From NCBI GenBank assembly GCA_905236145.1, contig CAJOOE010000132.1, forward strand, positions 1-37,834: DNA of 37,834 bases, in the 5' to 3' direction. Numbering within the stretch: the stretch's first letter is position 1; the number at the start of each line of letters is the position of its first letter. This DNA is from an uncultured Selenomonadaceae bacterium. GTDB lineage: Bacteria; Bacillota; Negativicutes; Selenomonadales; Selenomonadaceae. The position numbers and the translations under genes are program-made. The notes under the pieces are model-generated. The model was not told the origin of the DNA. It was given only the letters and a program-made list of their open reading frames with translations, and searched no databases. Of the stretch, positions 16,069 to 25,035 are shown piece after piece.

Positions 16069-17643
16069 ATGCTTTTCAAACTTAAAAAATTATTTCCCGC
16101 CGCCGCGATTTTCGGAGCGTTTACGTTGAGTTTCGGATTTCACACGCCGAAAGCCTTCGCGGTTTATCAATCCGAATCCGATACCGGCACGACCTATTTC
16201 GATTACATCGAAAATGCCCGCCGCGAGGCAAAGGCAAATGCTTTGACCGACGAGCAGAAAAAATTGCTTGAGGACATCGAAACGGAGAAGGAACATTTAA
16301 AAAATCCCATAGACCCGGAAAAACCTTTTCCCGCAATTTTTGAAGGCGACGATATGGTTTACAACGCCGAAACCGGAGAATTTACCGCGACGGGAAAAGT
16401 TTACATAACTCAACTTGACGGTCACAGATTTCAAAGCGGCGATGCGTCCGGAAACATAAAGACGCAGGATATTTTGATTGAGGGAAAATCTCACATGCTC
16501 CAACTTTCCCCCAACGCTCCCCGCGTGACTTTGGACGGCTATCACACGGTCTACAATTACGGCACGCAAATGGGAACAATGGACGCGGCGGCAGGTAAGG
16601 CGGGAGAGTATTACATTACCGGAAAGAAATTTGAATTTTACCCGGATCACGTCGTAATAACGGACGGCACTCAAACAAAATGCAACGCACAAGTCCCGGA
16701 TTACCGGGTCAGTGCGAAAAAAATTGAAATTTGGAACGGCAACATCATGCGAATGTACAATATGAAATTTTGGCTGAAGAATAAAGTTGTCGGGACGAAA
16801 ATGTACGAAGAACGCGAACTCGGGAAAAAACAAGATACATATTTGCCGAGTTTCGGTTACAATTCGGATCACGGTTATTACGTCGAAGATACTTTCGGTT
16901 TTCCGCTCACAGGCAGATTTACCGCAGTTTTGAATGCTCACATCGAAACAAAAGAAGGTGTCCGCAGCAACGGCGAACTTCATTACCACAACAGAGAATT
17001 TTTCGGCAATTTGCATTACGGTTACTACAGCGACAATGACGCTCACTGGATCCAAAAGCAGCCTTCCCCCGAACTCATCTATCAAAAACATTTTCACGGT
17101 TTGCCCATGACTTATATGCTCCGCACCGAAATCGGTCGTTGGAAGGAGAACAGAAAAGTCAGTTTGCATAAAGAGTACGAAGCCGGATTGTTCCACGATC
17201 CCATTTGGATGGGCAAATATGTTTTGTTTCTCGGGACGTCTTACAAAATTACGAATGATGATCCGCGAGGTTTTTACGAATATCAGGGAAAATCCACCGT
17301 TCGCGGCATGAATTACGATATAATACTCGGCAGAGAATTTGACGACAGGTTTGCAATGTACGTCGGCTATCATTTCAAAAAGAACAATTCTCAAAATTCA
17401 ATGTTCGTGTATAACCTGGACGACTATTCACAGAAATTTGAAACAGGCATAAGTTACAGACTCACGCCTTTGGACAGATTCGTTGTCGGCTGTAGGATCA
17501 ACACGGAAAACAGTAAATTGGAAGATACGGACGTTTTCTGGTATCACGACTTGCATTGTTCGCAGCTCATCCTACGCTGGCGTGCAAAAAGTCATAACGA
17601 TCGCAGCCGTTTTGAGGCTCATTGGCAATTTTTGCCTTGGTAA
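16069..17643 (+). CDS. lptD: LPS-assembly outer membrane protein LptD (OstA family)
   Basis: It has a signal peptide ending FHTPKAFA and an OstA-like N-domain (DDMVYNAETGEFTATGKVYITQ). It has the LptD-type segment TKCNAQVPDYRVSAKKIEIW. The C-terminal half is rich in aromatic/Gly beta-strand patterns and ends ...WQFLPW. I prefer ATG 16069 over TTG 16060 because of RBS spacing. Confidence 0.72.
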   Translation: MLFKLKKLFPAAAIFGAFTLSFGFHTPKAFAVYQSESDTGTTYFDYIENARREAKANALTDEQKKLLEDIETEKEHLKNPIDPEKPFPAIFEGDDMVYNAETGEFTATGKVYITQLDGHRFQSGDASGNIKTQDILIEGKSHMLQLSPNAPRVTLDGYHTVYNYGTQMGTMDAAAGKAGEYYITGKKFEFYPDHVVITDGTQTKCNAQVPDYRVSAKKIEIWNGNIMRMYNMKFWLKNKVVGTKMYEERELGKKQDTYLPSFGYNSDHGYYVEDTFGFPLTGRFTAVLNAHIETKEGVRSNGELHYHNREFFGNLHYGYYSDNDAHWIQKQPSPELIYQKHFHGLPMTYMLRTEIGRWKENRKVSLHKEYEAGLFHDPIWMGKYVLFLGTSYKITNDDPRGFYEYQGKSTVRGMNYDIILGREFDDRFAMYVGYHFKKNNSQNSMFVYNLDDYSQKFETGISYRLTPLDRFVVGCRINTENSKLEDTDVFWYHDLHCSQLILRWRAKSHNDRSRFEAHWQFLPW

Positions 17644-17700
17644 GAAAATTTTGCGGCGTGAAGAGCTTAACAAAATAAAAAAAGGGAACGGGGTGTAGAG

Positions 17701-18693
17701 TTGCAAAAATTGGCAAATATAACACAAAAATTTCAGGGACGGAGAATTTTGGTTATCGGCGATATGGTTGCCGATGTCTACCTTGACGGGCGAATCTCCA
17801 GAATTTCCCGCGAGGCTCCGGTGCTTGTCCTTGAGGAACAGGGAGAAAAAGTCGTCGCCGGCGGTGCGGCGAATGTCGTGGCAAATATTGCGGCTTTGGG
17901 CGGTGAAGTTTACGCCGTCGGAGTTTTGGGTGACGACAACAATGCGGAAAGTTTGAGAAAAATTTTGCACGATCACGATGTACATTTGGAAGGACTTGTC
18001 CGCGACAAAAGTCGTCCCACAGTTTCAAAAACAAGAATAATCGCCGGAGGAAGGGCGACGGTCAGTCAGCAAATTGTTCGTATCGACAGGGAGAGCAAGG
18101 AGCCGCTTTCAAAAAAAATGGAGGCGGAACTTATAGCGAAAATCGACAAAATTTTGCCGAACGTCGAAGGAATTGTCTTGAGTGATTACGGCTCCGGAAC
18201 GATTACCGATGCGGTGAAAAAATGGCTGATTCGTTACGCGAACAAAAACAAAATTCCCGGCATCGTCGATTCCCGCTATCGCATAGGCGAATTTGAAGGC
18301 ATAGGTTTCGTAAAACAAAACGACGCGGAACTTGCCGCTTTCATCGGTCACGACTTGCCGGACATGACCGCACTCATAGACGCCGGGACAAAACTTTTGC
18401 AGAAGGTAAATGCAAACGGCGTTTTGATAACTCGCGGAGAATTGGGAATGAGTTTGTTTGAGAGGAGCGGGGCGGTTCATCATATTCCGGTCACGGACAA
18501 GAGTGAGGTTTTTGATGTTTCCGGTGCCGGTGATACCTGCGTTGCGGCGTTTATTCTCGCCGTAACCGCCGGAGCAAGTCCCGCAGTCGCCGCCAGAGTT
18601 TCAAACTACGCCTCCGGAATTGCGGTAAGGAAGTTGGGAACGAGTACGGTTAATTTCGTCGAACTTGAAAAAGTTCTCGAAAGAGCCAAGTGA
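17701..18693 (+). CDS. hldA: D-glycero-beta-D-manno-heptose-7-phosphate kinase (RfaE/HldE domain I as a separate protein)
   Basis: ILVIGDMVADVYLDGRISRISREAPVLV...GGAANVVANIAALGG plus the PfkB C-terminal motif DVSGAGDT. The start is TTG. Confidence 0.88.
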   Translation: MQKLANITQKFQGRRILVIGDMVADVYLDGRISRISREAPVLVLEEQGEKVVAGGAANVVANIAALGGEVYAVGVLGDDNNAESLRKILHDHDVHLEGLVRDKSRPTVSKTRIIAGGRATVSQQIVRIDRESKEPLSKKMEAELIAKIDKILPNVEGIVLSDYGSGTITDAVKKWLIRYANKNKIPGIVDSRYRIGEFEGIGFVKQNDAELAAFIGHDLPDMTALIDAGTKLLQKVNANGVLITRGELGMSLFERSGAVHHIPVTDKSEVFDVSGAGDTCVAAFILAVTAGASPAVAARVSNYASGIAVRKLGTSTVNFVELEKVLERAK

Positions 18694-18705
18694 GGTAATT
18701 TTAAA

Positions 18706-19170
18706 ATGCTTATTTACAGAAAAGTTTTGCCGGGATTTTGTAAAGTTTTACGCGAAGGCGGAAAAAAAGTTGTCTTTACAAACGGCTGTTTTGACATACT
18801 CCACGCCGGTCACGTCAGATATTTGACGGAGGCAAGGGAGAAGGGCGATTTGCTTTTTGTCGGATTAAATTCCGACGAATCGGTCAGAAAATTGAAGGGA
18901 GAAGGTCGCCCGATAAACAATCAGACAGACAGAGCGGAAGTTCTGCTCGGATTGCGGGCGGTCGATTACGTCGTAATTTTTGAGGAAGATACCGCCGAAA
19001 AAATTATCGAAGAAATTAAACCCTCCGTTTACGTCAAAGGCGGCGATGACAATTCGGACAATTTGCCGGAGGCAAAAATCGTACAAAGTTACGGCGGCAA
19101 AGTCGAATTTGTAAAATTTGTGGAAGGTCATTCCACTTCAAACATCGTTGAAAAAATTTTGAAGTCGTGA
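18706..19170 (+). CDS. hldC: D-glycero-beta-D-manno-heptose-1-phosphate adenylyltransferase (RfaE/HldE domain II as a separate protein)
   Basis: The cytidylyltransferase motif is VVFTNGCFDILHAGHVRYL. The sequence continues ...GLNSDESVRKLKGEGRPIN...VDYVVIF. Confidence 0.88.
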   Translation: MLIYRKVLPGFCKVLREGGKKVVFTNGCFDILHAGHVRYLTEAREKGDLLFVGLNSDESVRKLKGEGRPINNQTDRAEVLLGLRAVDYVVIFEEDTAEKIIEEIKPSVYVKGGDDNSDNLPEAKIVQSYGGKVEFVKFVEGHSTSNIVEKILKS

Positions 19171-19178
19171 GAAAGTGA

Positions 19179-19222
19179 AAATCCTTCGCCGGAAAAATCG
19201 TCCGACGAAGGATTTATTTTTT
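19179..19222 (+). terminator. Intrinsic terminator ending the lptD-hldA-hldC transcription unit
   Basis: The 10-bp stem AAATCCTTCG/CGAAGGATTT has a 17-nt loop and is followed by ATTTTTT. Confidence 0.7.
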
Positions 19223-19251
19223 GTGGAAAGATTATTCTTATTTCCGTCGGT

Positions 19252-19803
19252 TCATTGTGCTTTTTCCTTGAAAACATTTTTCGGCCGGCCGCAGAGAGGA
19301 CAAGTCCAATCTTCCGGCTCTTTTGAAATATCGCCGACATATTCATACCCGCAGATCGGGCAGACGTAAACTTTTTGACCGGTCGTATCGACTTTGGCGG
19401 GTTTATATTTTTTCTGCATTTCTTCGATTACAACGCCGTGATGACCTTCCTGCTTTGCGAAAATTTCCATTTCGTCCGCCGCCGCCGCAAATCCTGCGGC
19501 ACGAACTTTTTCCGCCATTTCTTTGACTTGAGCCTCGCCGGCAATTTCGGCTTTTTTGACGGTTTCAAGCAACGCCCAAAAATCTTTCGGATATTTGCCG
19601 TTCAAGACCGAATAAAAACCGGCGTGAACAGCCTCCTGATTCGCCGACCGGATCAAGGTTTCGGCAACGTCGTCCATGCCCTGCTCTTTTGCCAGACGTG
19701 CAAGGGCATAATACATCATTGTCCCGTTTGCCTCCGCCTGCATAACGGCTTTAATCATCGGCTCCAATTCTGTGCCTTTCGTCAATCCGTGCAAACTCTC
19801 CAT
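19252..19803 (-). CDS. rbr: Rubrerythrin family protein (ferritin-like diiron domain plus C-terminal rubredoxin-like CxxC...CxxC)
   Basis: ExxH motifs occur at NQEAVHAG and KQEGHHG, and the C-terminus reads CPICGYEY...WTCPLCG. AAAGGAG lies upstream. Confidence 0.85.
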   Translation of the reverse strand: MESLHGLTKGTELEPMIKAVMQAEANGTMMYYALARLAKEQGMDDVAETLIRSANQEAVHAGFYSVLNGKYPKDFWALLETVKKAEIAGEAQVKEMAEKVRAAGFAAAADEMEIFAKQEGHHGVVIEEMQKKYKPAKVDTTGQKVYVCPICGYEYVGDISKEPEDWTCPLCGRPKNVFKEKAQ

Positions 19804-19853
19804 TTTGTTTTGCTCCTTTCGTGACAGTCAATACAACAAAATACACATTTTTG

Positions 19854-19882
19854 ATTTTATCGGAAAATTTTTTGCTTGCCAA
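19854..19882 (-). promoter_or_regulatory. Sigma70-type promoter candidate for the rubrerythrin gene
   Basis: The minus strand reads TTGGCA, a 17-nt spacer, then TAAAAT. A small palindrome, TGACTGTCA, lies in the leader. Confidence 0.5.
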
Positions 19883-19920
19883 ACTTTTCGATAAAAAATT
19901 ATTCGTCGCCGCAATAACTT

Positions 19921-21912
19921 TTACTTTTCCGCAACCTGAAGTCCCCGAGTCAAAATTTGCCAAGCAACCGTTCTCATCGCTCCGATAATTTTTTTTGCAT
20001 TTGCCTGCTCATTTGTCAAGTTTACTTTATTCAATTCAGCCGAGGCGACGTGCGGCAAAAGTTCCACTGCATCGGAATCAATTTTTCCGGCGGCGTTTTG
20101 AGTTATGAAAACGTCCCTGTTAAATGCGACTCCGTTGCTTTCGGTAAGCGGCGGTGCAATCGAACGGTAAACAAAATCTTTCGGTGCGATAAGTTCGATA
20201 ATCGTCGGGAAAACAGAAATGTGACCGCCCACGACATCAGCCGGCAAAATATTTTTCTTTACTCCCGCTCCGTAAAGTACGAAGGGAACGCTCTGATGTT
20301 CAAAAATTGTCGGCTTGGTGCCGGGATCCGTCCTGACCGCATGATCTCCGGTAATGACAAACAAACTGTCCGGAAAACTTGCGGAAACATTTTTTACAAA
20401 TTCCGTCGCACACTTATCCATATACCGGTAATGACCCAATTCGATCGCCAAACTTTTTGCGTCCTCTATATTCGGAAGTTTTTCGAGTTCTTTAATGCAA
20501 GCGTCAAGGTCAAAACCTTCTTCCGCCAAATTCAAATTGTAAGGCGGGTGGTTGGTCGTCGTCATAATCAAATGAACGGTCGGCGGTTCTTCGGCAAGGT
20601 GTCTTTCCAGAGCGTCGAAAAGATTTTTGTCCTTCGTCCCCCAAGTATTTTGTTTCGGGGCTTGATAATCCGGGAAACCGTAAAAATTATCAAAGCCCTG
20701 TGAAGTCGCCGTTTTTGAAATATTGTCCCAACCGGGAGTGCCGCCGTACCAAAAATCTACCTTGTAGCCGAGTGCGTGAAAATATTGAGCCGGTGAAGTT
20801 ATGTAAACTTCTTCAAAAGTTTTCGGTCGGTAATTCACTCTGATATTTATGTCCGGCAAGCCGGTAATCATTCCGGTAATTGCAACGGAAGTAAAATCTC
20901 CGTTCGGCATAAAATTTCTGCTGTAATAACAATCAGGCTCCGCAATCAGCGATTTAATTCCGTCCGCGACGTGCAAATCCGAATATTTTCCGAGCATCGG
21001 CCACTGCATCCACGTTTCGCCCAAAATTACAAAAATATGTTTCGGCATTTTGATTTTCGCACCTTTGGTCTTTTTTTCGAGGTAAGGTGTCAAATCGTTG
21101 CCGGTGACATTTTTTTGTCGGGATATTATTTGAGCCGCCGCCAAAACATTTTCCTTATCGACTCCGGTAACTTCGCCGTCCGCCATACGCTTTTCCAATG
21201 CTCTTGCCCGGTAAAGTGCTTGAGCGTCGTCCAAAATGCATTCATTCAAAAAATCGTCGTTTGTAACGCCGGCATTTTCCCAATTCACCCCGTTGCCGTA
21301 AGTGAAACTTCCTCCGAATCTTGCGAACAATCCGAACGCTCCGACAAACAAAACCAATGCGGTTACAAATCCGGCTTTGCGGAAAAATCCGTCCAAATTC
21401 GGCGGCGAAAAAGTTTTCAAAATCAAAAATCTGCTTAAAATTGCAATACATATTATCGTCAAAATAAAAGCGACCGGAAATCTCCAAAAAAATCCGTACT
21501 CCCGGACAATCATCACAAAAATTGATCCGATGTCGTCATTCAATCCCTGAACGACTTCCAAGCCGAAAGTCGAATGAAATTCCCGGTAATAGGGAAACCT
21601 TGCCATAAACAGCACGGAAAAGACAAACGATGCCAAAATTCCGATTACAAGCCGAAGTCGCGGAGTAAACCCGGCGAGCGTCACAAAGACGAACGAAAGC
21701 AAGGTCACCGCTCCGGCAGTTTTCAAACTGAGCCGCAAGCCCGTAAACATTGCCGCAGCAATTTGCCCGGAGCCGGCATCGGAACCCATGTAACCGGACA
21801 TCATCAAGATAAACAAGCCGCGATAAACTTCAAGCAACAGAAGTATAAAAACAAACAGTCTGAAGTCGCGTTGTATCCCGTCAAAAAATCTTTTTATAAA
21901 TTTCAAATACAT
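19921..21912 (-). CDS. LTA synthase family / sulfatase-like membrane phosphotransferase (polytopic N-terminal domain plus extracytoplasmic alkaline-phosphatase-superfamily domain)
   Basis: About 5 N-terminal TM helices are followed by HIFVILGETW, NGDFTSVAITG, TTTNHPPY and VITGDHAVR, which are typical of LtaS/OpgB-like enzymes. The start is 6 nt after the heptosyltransferase stop. Confidence 0.78.
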   Translation of the reverse strand: MYLKFIKRFFDGIQRDFRLFVFILLLLEVYRGLFILMMSGYMGSDAGSGQIAAAMFTGLRLSLKTAGAVTLLSFVFVTLAGFTPRLRLVIGILASFVFSVLFMARFPYYREFHSTFGLEVVQGLNDDIGSIFVMIVREYGFFWRFPVAFILTIICIAILSRFLILKTFSPPNLDGFFRKAGFVTALVLFVGAFGLFARFGGSFTYGNGVNWENAGVTNDDFLNECILDDAQALYRARALEKRMADGEVTGVDKENVLAAAQIISRQKNVTGNDLTPYLEKKTKGAKIKMPKHIFVILGETWMQWPMLGKYSDLHVADGIKSLIAEPDCYYSRNFMPNGDFTSVAITGMITGLPDINIRVNYRPKTFEEVYITSPAQYFHALGYKVDFWYGGTPGWDNISKTATSQGFDNFYGFPDYQAPKQNTWGTKDKNLFDALERHLAEEPPTVHLIMTTTNHPPYNLNLAEEGFDLDACIKELEKLPNIEDAKSLAIELGHYRYMDKCATEFVKNVSASFPDSLFVITGDHAVRTDPGTKPTIFEHQSVPFVLYGAGVKKNILPADVVGGHISVFPTIIELIAPKDFVYRSIAPPLTESNGVAFNRDVFITQNAAGKIDSDAVELLPHVASAELNKVNLTNEQANAKKIIGAMRTVAWQILTRGLQVAEK

Positions 21913-21918
21913 TTCCCC

Positions 21919-23037
21919 TTATAAAAAACTCTTATCCGACAAATCTATAACGCGGCATTGATATTCGCCGTAAATTCGCGGAATTTTTTTTGCCGGCATA
22001 CCTTCATATTTTTCCAGAAGTTCATTGACGTACTTCATCACGACTTCAACCGGAATTTTCTTCATGCAGGCAAGGTTTTCCGCACCGCTTTTCGGGCAAA
22101 TATGTTTTCCGCACGGGTGACAAGGTTCCGGCGTTTTTATCAAAATGTCCTTTGCGTCGTAAGGGTAAAAACCCGGCACCGGCGACGCTCCGAACATGGT
22201 AACGATCGGAATATTCCGGGCAACGCCGATATGCATGGGTCCGGAGTCCGTCGTCAAAAACAAAACACAATTATCCAAAAATCCGGCAACGACGGCAAGA
22301 GAAAATTTCCCGGTGAAAATCTTCAAAAGTTCGCTGTCTTTACGGTACATTTTTTTCACGCACTCTTCTACAATTTCCCTGTCCATGGGCCCGCCCAAAA
22401 AAGCGACGCCGGAACCGCGATTTATCAAATTGTCCGCACACTCGGCAAAATATTCGTCAAGCCAGCGTTTTGTAAGCCAGCTTGCCCCGATATTGAAGGC
22501 GACGACCTTTGTATCCGGCGGGAAATTCTCCGCAAAAATTTTGTCCGCAGTCTTTGAAGTTTCTTCGGTAATTTCCATTTCAAGACCGCCGTCGTCAATT
22601 TTTGTAATTCCGCAAGCCTCCCGCAAAACGTCAAAATGCGAATGAATCTGATGCTTGACGGCTTTCAAATTCGGCATAACTTTATCGAAGAAAAGAGAAA
22701 ATCCCGGCTTTGAATAGCCGACGATTTTTTTTGCACCGCTGAACGCCGCCAATGCAGAGGCTCTTTCGTTCCGGTGAAGATTTATTGCCAAGTCAAATTT
22801 TTCCGCTCGAATCTTGAAAATAAATTTTATGAAATTAAAAAGTTTGTCGTCCTCGCCCTTCTTGTCAATCAAAATGCAATCGTCGATATGTTTGTTGTAT
22901 TGAACAAGATCGGCAAGTTTTTTGTCGGCAAGCAGAGCAATGTGAGCGTCGGGGAAATTTGTCCGGAGTGTCCGCAAAACCGGAGTGACAAGCATTAAAT
23001 CCCCCAAGTGCATTAAGTTTATTACCAAAATTCTCAT
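21919..23037 (-). CDS. Family 9 glycosyltransferase (ADP-heptose:LPS heptosyltransferase-like)
   Basis: MRILVINLMHLGDLMLVTPVLRTLRTNFPDAHIALL is a typical GT9 N-terminus. The C-terminal motif is TTDSGPMHIG. Confidence 0.88.
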   Translation of the reverse strand: MRILVINLMHLGDLMLVTPVLRTLRTNFPDAHIALLADKKLADLVQYNKHIDDCILIDKKGEDDKLFNFIKFIFKIRAEKFDLAINLHRNERASALAAFSGAKKIVGYSKPGFSLFFDKVMPNLKAVKHQIHSHFDVLREACGITKIDDGGLEMEITEETSKTADKIFAENFPPDTKVVAFNIGASWLTKRWLDEYFAECADNLINRGSGVAFLGGPMDREIVEECVKKMYRKDSELLKIFTGKFSLAVVAGFLDNCVLFLTTDSGPMHIGVARNIPIVTMFGASPVPGFYPYDAKDILIKTPEPCHPCGKHICPKSGAENLACMKKIPVEVVMKYVNELLEKYEGMPAKKIPRIYGEYQCRVIDLSDKSFL

Positions 23038-23046
23038 TTCTCAAAA

Positions 23047-23520
23047 TCAACTTTCTTTCACTTTCGCAACGTCAACCCAACCGGCAGATTTTATATACTT
23101 TTCGACTTCGTCAATTTTCAGGCGAACGGTGCTTTTGTCGTTTCCTGCCGCCGGATAAACAGTGTCGAATCTTTTCAGTGAATCGTCAAGATAAATCGGA
23201 ACGCCCGGATTTACCGCAAACGGACAAACTCCCCCGACTGCATGACCGACAAGACTTTCCACTTCGTCAACCGGAATCATTTTCGGACGGCTTGAAAATC
23301 TTGCCTTAAATTTCTTGTTGTCGATTTTCATATCGCCGCCGAGCAGAATTAAAATCGGTTTTTTATCGACGAAAACGGAAATTGTCTTTGCAATTCTTCC
23401 GACTTCGCAATTTAAAGCGTGTGCCGCCATTTCCGAAGTCGCGGTCGATTCTTCAAACTCAAGCACTCTTTCCGGCTCTCCGAGTTCTTCAAAATATTTT
23501 TTTACTTTTTCTATAGCCAA
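23047..23520 (-). CDS. YbaK/EbsC family aminoacyl-tRNA editing domain protein
   Basis: AKTISVFVDKKPILILLGGDMKIDNKKF...GHAVGGVCPF is the YbaK-type core. The start is TTG, with GGGAGG 8 nt upstream. Confidence 0.85.
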   Translation of the reverse strand: MAIEKVKKYFEELGEPERVLEFEESTATSEMAAHALNCEVGRIAKTISVFVDKKPILILLGGDMKIDNKKFKARFSSRPKMIPVDEVESLVGHAVGGVCPFAVNPGVPIYLDDSLKRFDTVYPAAGNDKSTVRLKIDEVEKYIKSAGWVDVAKVKES

Positions 23521-23693
23521 AAAATTTTCCTCCCGTGAACATTTTTCGACCGGTTTTTCTGCCGGTAAACGTCAAAACTTATTCGACAATTATTTTAAAT
23601 TTGCCTTCAAAAATCCGGTAAATTTTTTCCCGGAAATATTCTTTTTCAAATCTTGAAGTCAATGCAATTACCGCGAAACAAAAAATTTTCCGC

Positions 23694-23723
23694 TTGCAAA
23701 AGTTTCCGGATTTATTGTAAAAT
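23694..23723 (+). promoter_or_regulatory. Sigma70-type promoter candidate for rsfS
   Basis: TTGCAA, an 18-nt spacer, then TAAAAT. An A6T4 tract lies immediately upstream of the -35 (UP-element-like). Confidence 0.45.
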
Positions 23724-23762
23724 CAACTCAAATTTAATTTGAAAATCGGAGGTATTATAATT

Positions 23763-24107
23763 TTGAACGGTAAAGAATTGGCATTAAAAATTTGCAACGC
23801 GGCATCCGAAAAAAAAGCGAAGAATATCATAATAATGGATATGAAAGGCTTGATGTTTTCAACGGATTATTTTGTCGTTTGCAGTGCGGCGACGGCGACT
23901 CAAGTCCGGGCGATTGCCGACGGTATAGAGGACAAACTTGCCGAAGAAGGAACCGAAGTCGGTCACAAAGAAGGTTATTCGGAAGGCGAATGGATTTTAA
24001 TTGATTACGGCGATGCCGTCGCACACATTTTTAAAGACGAAAACAGAGAATATTACGCCCTCGAAAAACTTTGGGGAGATGCGGAAATTACAAAATATGA
24101 AGATTAA
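23763..24107 (+). CDS. rsfS: Ribosome silencing factor RsfS (Iojap family)
   Basis: DYFVVCSAATATQVRAIAD...GEWILIDYGDAVAHIF...REYYALEKLW matches the family. I prefer the TTG at 23763, which has GGAGG 10 nt upstream. The ORF-track start at 23739 lacks an RBS. Confidence 0.9.
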   Translation: MNGKELALKICNAASEKKAKNIIIMDMKGLMFSTDYFVVCSAATATQVRAIADGIEDKLAEEGTEVGHKEGYSEGEWILIDYGDAVAHIFKDENREYYALEKLWGDAEITKYED

Positions 24108-24138
24108 CGGAGCCGGGAGCAACAAAAAAATTTTTTCC

Positions 24139-24167
24139 TTGCCGGCAGATAAAACAAATGCTATAAT
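24139..24167 (+). promoter_or_regulatory. Sigma70-type promoter candidate for rpsF-ssb-rpsR
   Basis: TTGCCG, a 17-nt spacer, then TATAAT (perfect -10). An A7T6 tract lies directly upstream of the -35. Confidence 0.55.
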
Positions 24168-24203
24168 CTGCGTCCGGTAAGTTTATAAATTTAAAACTTC
24201 CCT

Positions 24204-24240
24204 GCTCACAAAGAAAGTGAGCCGAAGACCGAAGAGGAGG
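24204..24240 (+). promoter_or_regulatory. Hairpin in the rpsF 5' leader (possible S6:S18 autoregulatory leader)
   Basis: GCTCAC-AAAGAAA-GTGAGC is followed by CGAAGACCGAAGAGGAGG. The position and the CCG-containing flank recall the described rpsF leader, but I cannot confirm the covariation model by eye. Confidence 0.3.
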
Positions 24241-24248
24241 TGTTTTGA

Positions 24249-24542
24249 ATGAGAAAGTACGAGATCGTATTCATTGTGAGACCTTTGGAAGAAGATGCAG
24301 TCAACGCAGTCATCGAAAAATTTTCCAAACTCATCCAAGCAAACGGCGGTAAAATCGTCAAAGAGGATCGCTGGGGCAAAAAACGTCTTGCTTACGAAAT
24401 CAAAAAAGAAGTCGAAGGCATTTACACGATTTTCTATGTCGAGTGCGAGCCGGCTTGCGTAAAAGAATGTACACGCGTGATGAAAATTACCGATGAAGTC
24501 ATTCGTCACATGATCGTTCGTTCCGAAGAGAAAGAGGCTTGA
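24249..24542 (+). CDS. rpsF: 30S ribosomal protein S6
   Basis: MRKYEIVFIVRP...WGKKRLAYEI. GAGGAGG RBS. Confidence 0.95.
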   Translation: MRKYEIVFIVRPLEEDAVNAVIEKFSKLIQANGGKIVKEDRWGKKRLAYEIKKEVEGIYTIFYVECEPACVKECTRVMKITDEVIRHMIVRSEEKEA

Positions 24543-24543
24543 G

Positions 24544-25011
24544 ATGAACAAAGTTATTATTTCCGGCAATCTTACCCGTGACCCGGATATCCGCTATACC
24601 CAGAGTGGCAAGGCGGTTGCCAGAATGGGAATTGCCGTAAGCCGTCGCTTTAAAAGTCAGGACGGCTCCCAGCCGGACGTTGACTTTTTCAACATGACGG
24701 CGTGGGACAAACAAGCGGAATTTTGCGGAAAATATTTTTCAAAAGGTTCGAGAGTCATTGTCGAAGGACGTATGCAAAATTACAGCTATGAGGATCGGGA
24801 CGGAAACAGACGCAGCGGAATGGAAATTCAGGTTGAAAATATCGAATTCGGCGGCAACAAACGCGATTCCGAGTTCTCCGGCAGCAAACGCGATTCCGAT
24901 TTCGGCGATCGTTCTTACGGAGATTCCCCCAAGAAGAACGGCGGCGACGGTTTCGACGACAGCGAAGACTTCGGCGGGAAAGAAATTGAAGACGACAGTG
25001 TTCCGTTCTGA
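24544..25011 (+). CDS. ssb: Single-stranded DNA-binding protein
   Basis: It has an OB-fold N-terminus MNKVIISGNLTRDPDIRYT, a Gly/Asp/Ser-rich linker with a KRDSEF/KRDSDF repeat, and an acidic tip DDSVPF. Confidence 0.95.
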   Translation: MNKVIISGNLTRDPDIRYTQSGKAVARMGIAVSRRFKSQDGSQPDVDFFNMTAWDKQAEFCGKYFSKGSRVIVEGRMQNYSYEDRDGNRRSGMEIQVENIEFGGNKRDSEFSGSKRDSDFGDRSYGDSPKKNGGDGFDDSEDFGGKEIEDDSVPF

Positions 25012-25035
25012 TTTTATTTTTTTGGAGGGTTGAAG

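Noticed and set aside
16297-17394. Very long antisense ORFs opposite real genes. These are 365 aa opposite lptD, 426 aa at 35583-36863 opposite flhA, 328 aa at 26711-27697 opposite pfp and 319 aa at 2246-3205 opposite the GT2 gene. Two more are 266 aa at 10572-11372 and 248 aa at 19957-20703.
   Set aside because: For the four I checked (lptD, flhA, pfp, GT2), the antisense ORF is in the codon-aligned antisense frame. In that frame stops arise only from sense TTA, CTA or TCA codons. Reading the lptD stretch codon by codon, I found none of those three codons over about 366 codons; Leu uses TTG/CTT/CTC/CTG and Ser uses TCC/AGC/TCT/AGT/TCG. These are shadow ORFs produced by codon bias. Their translations are low-complexity and motif-free, and they lack RBSs.
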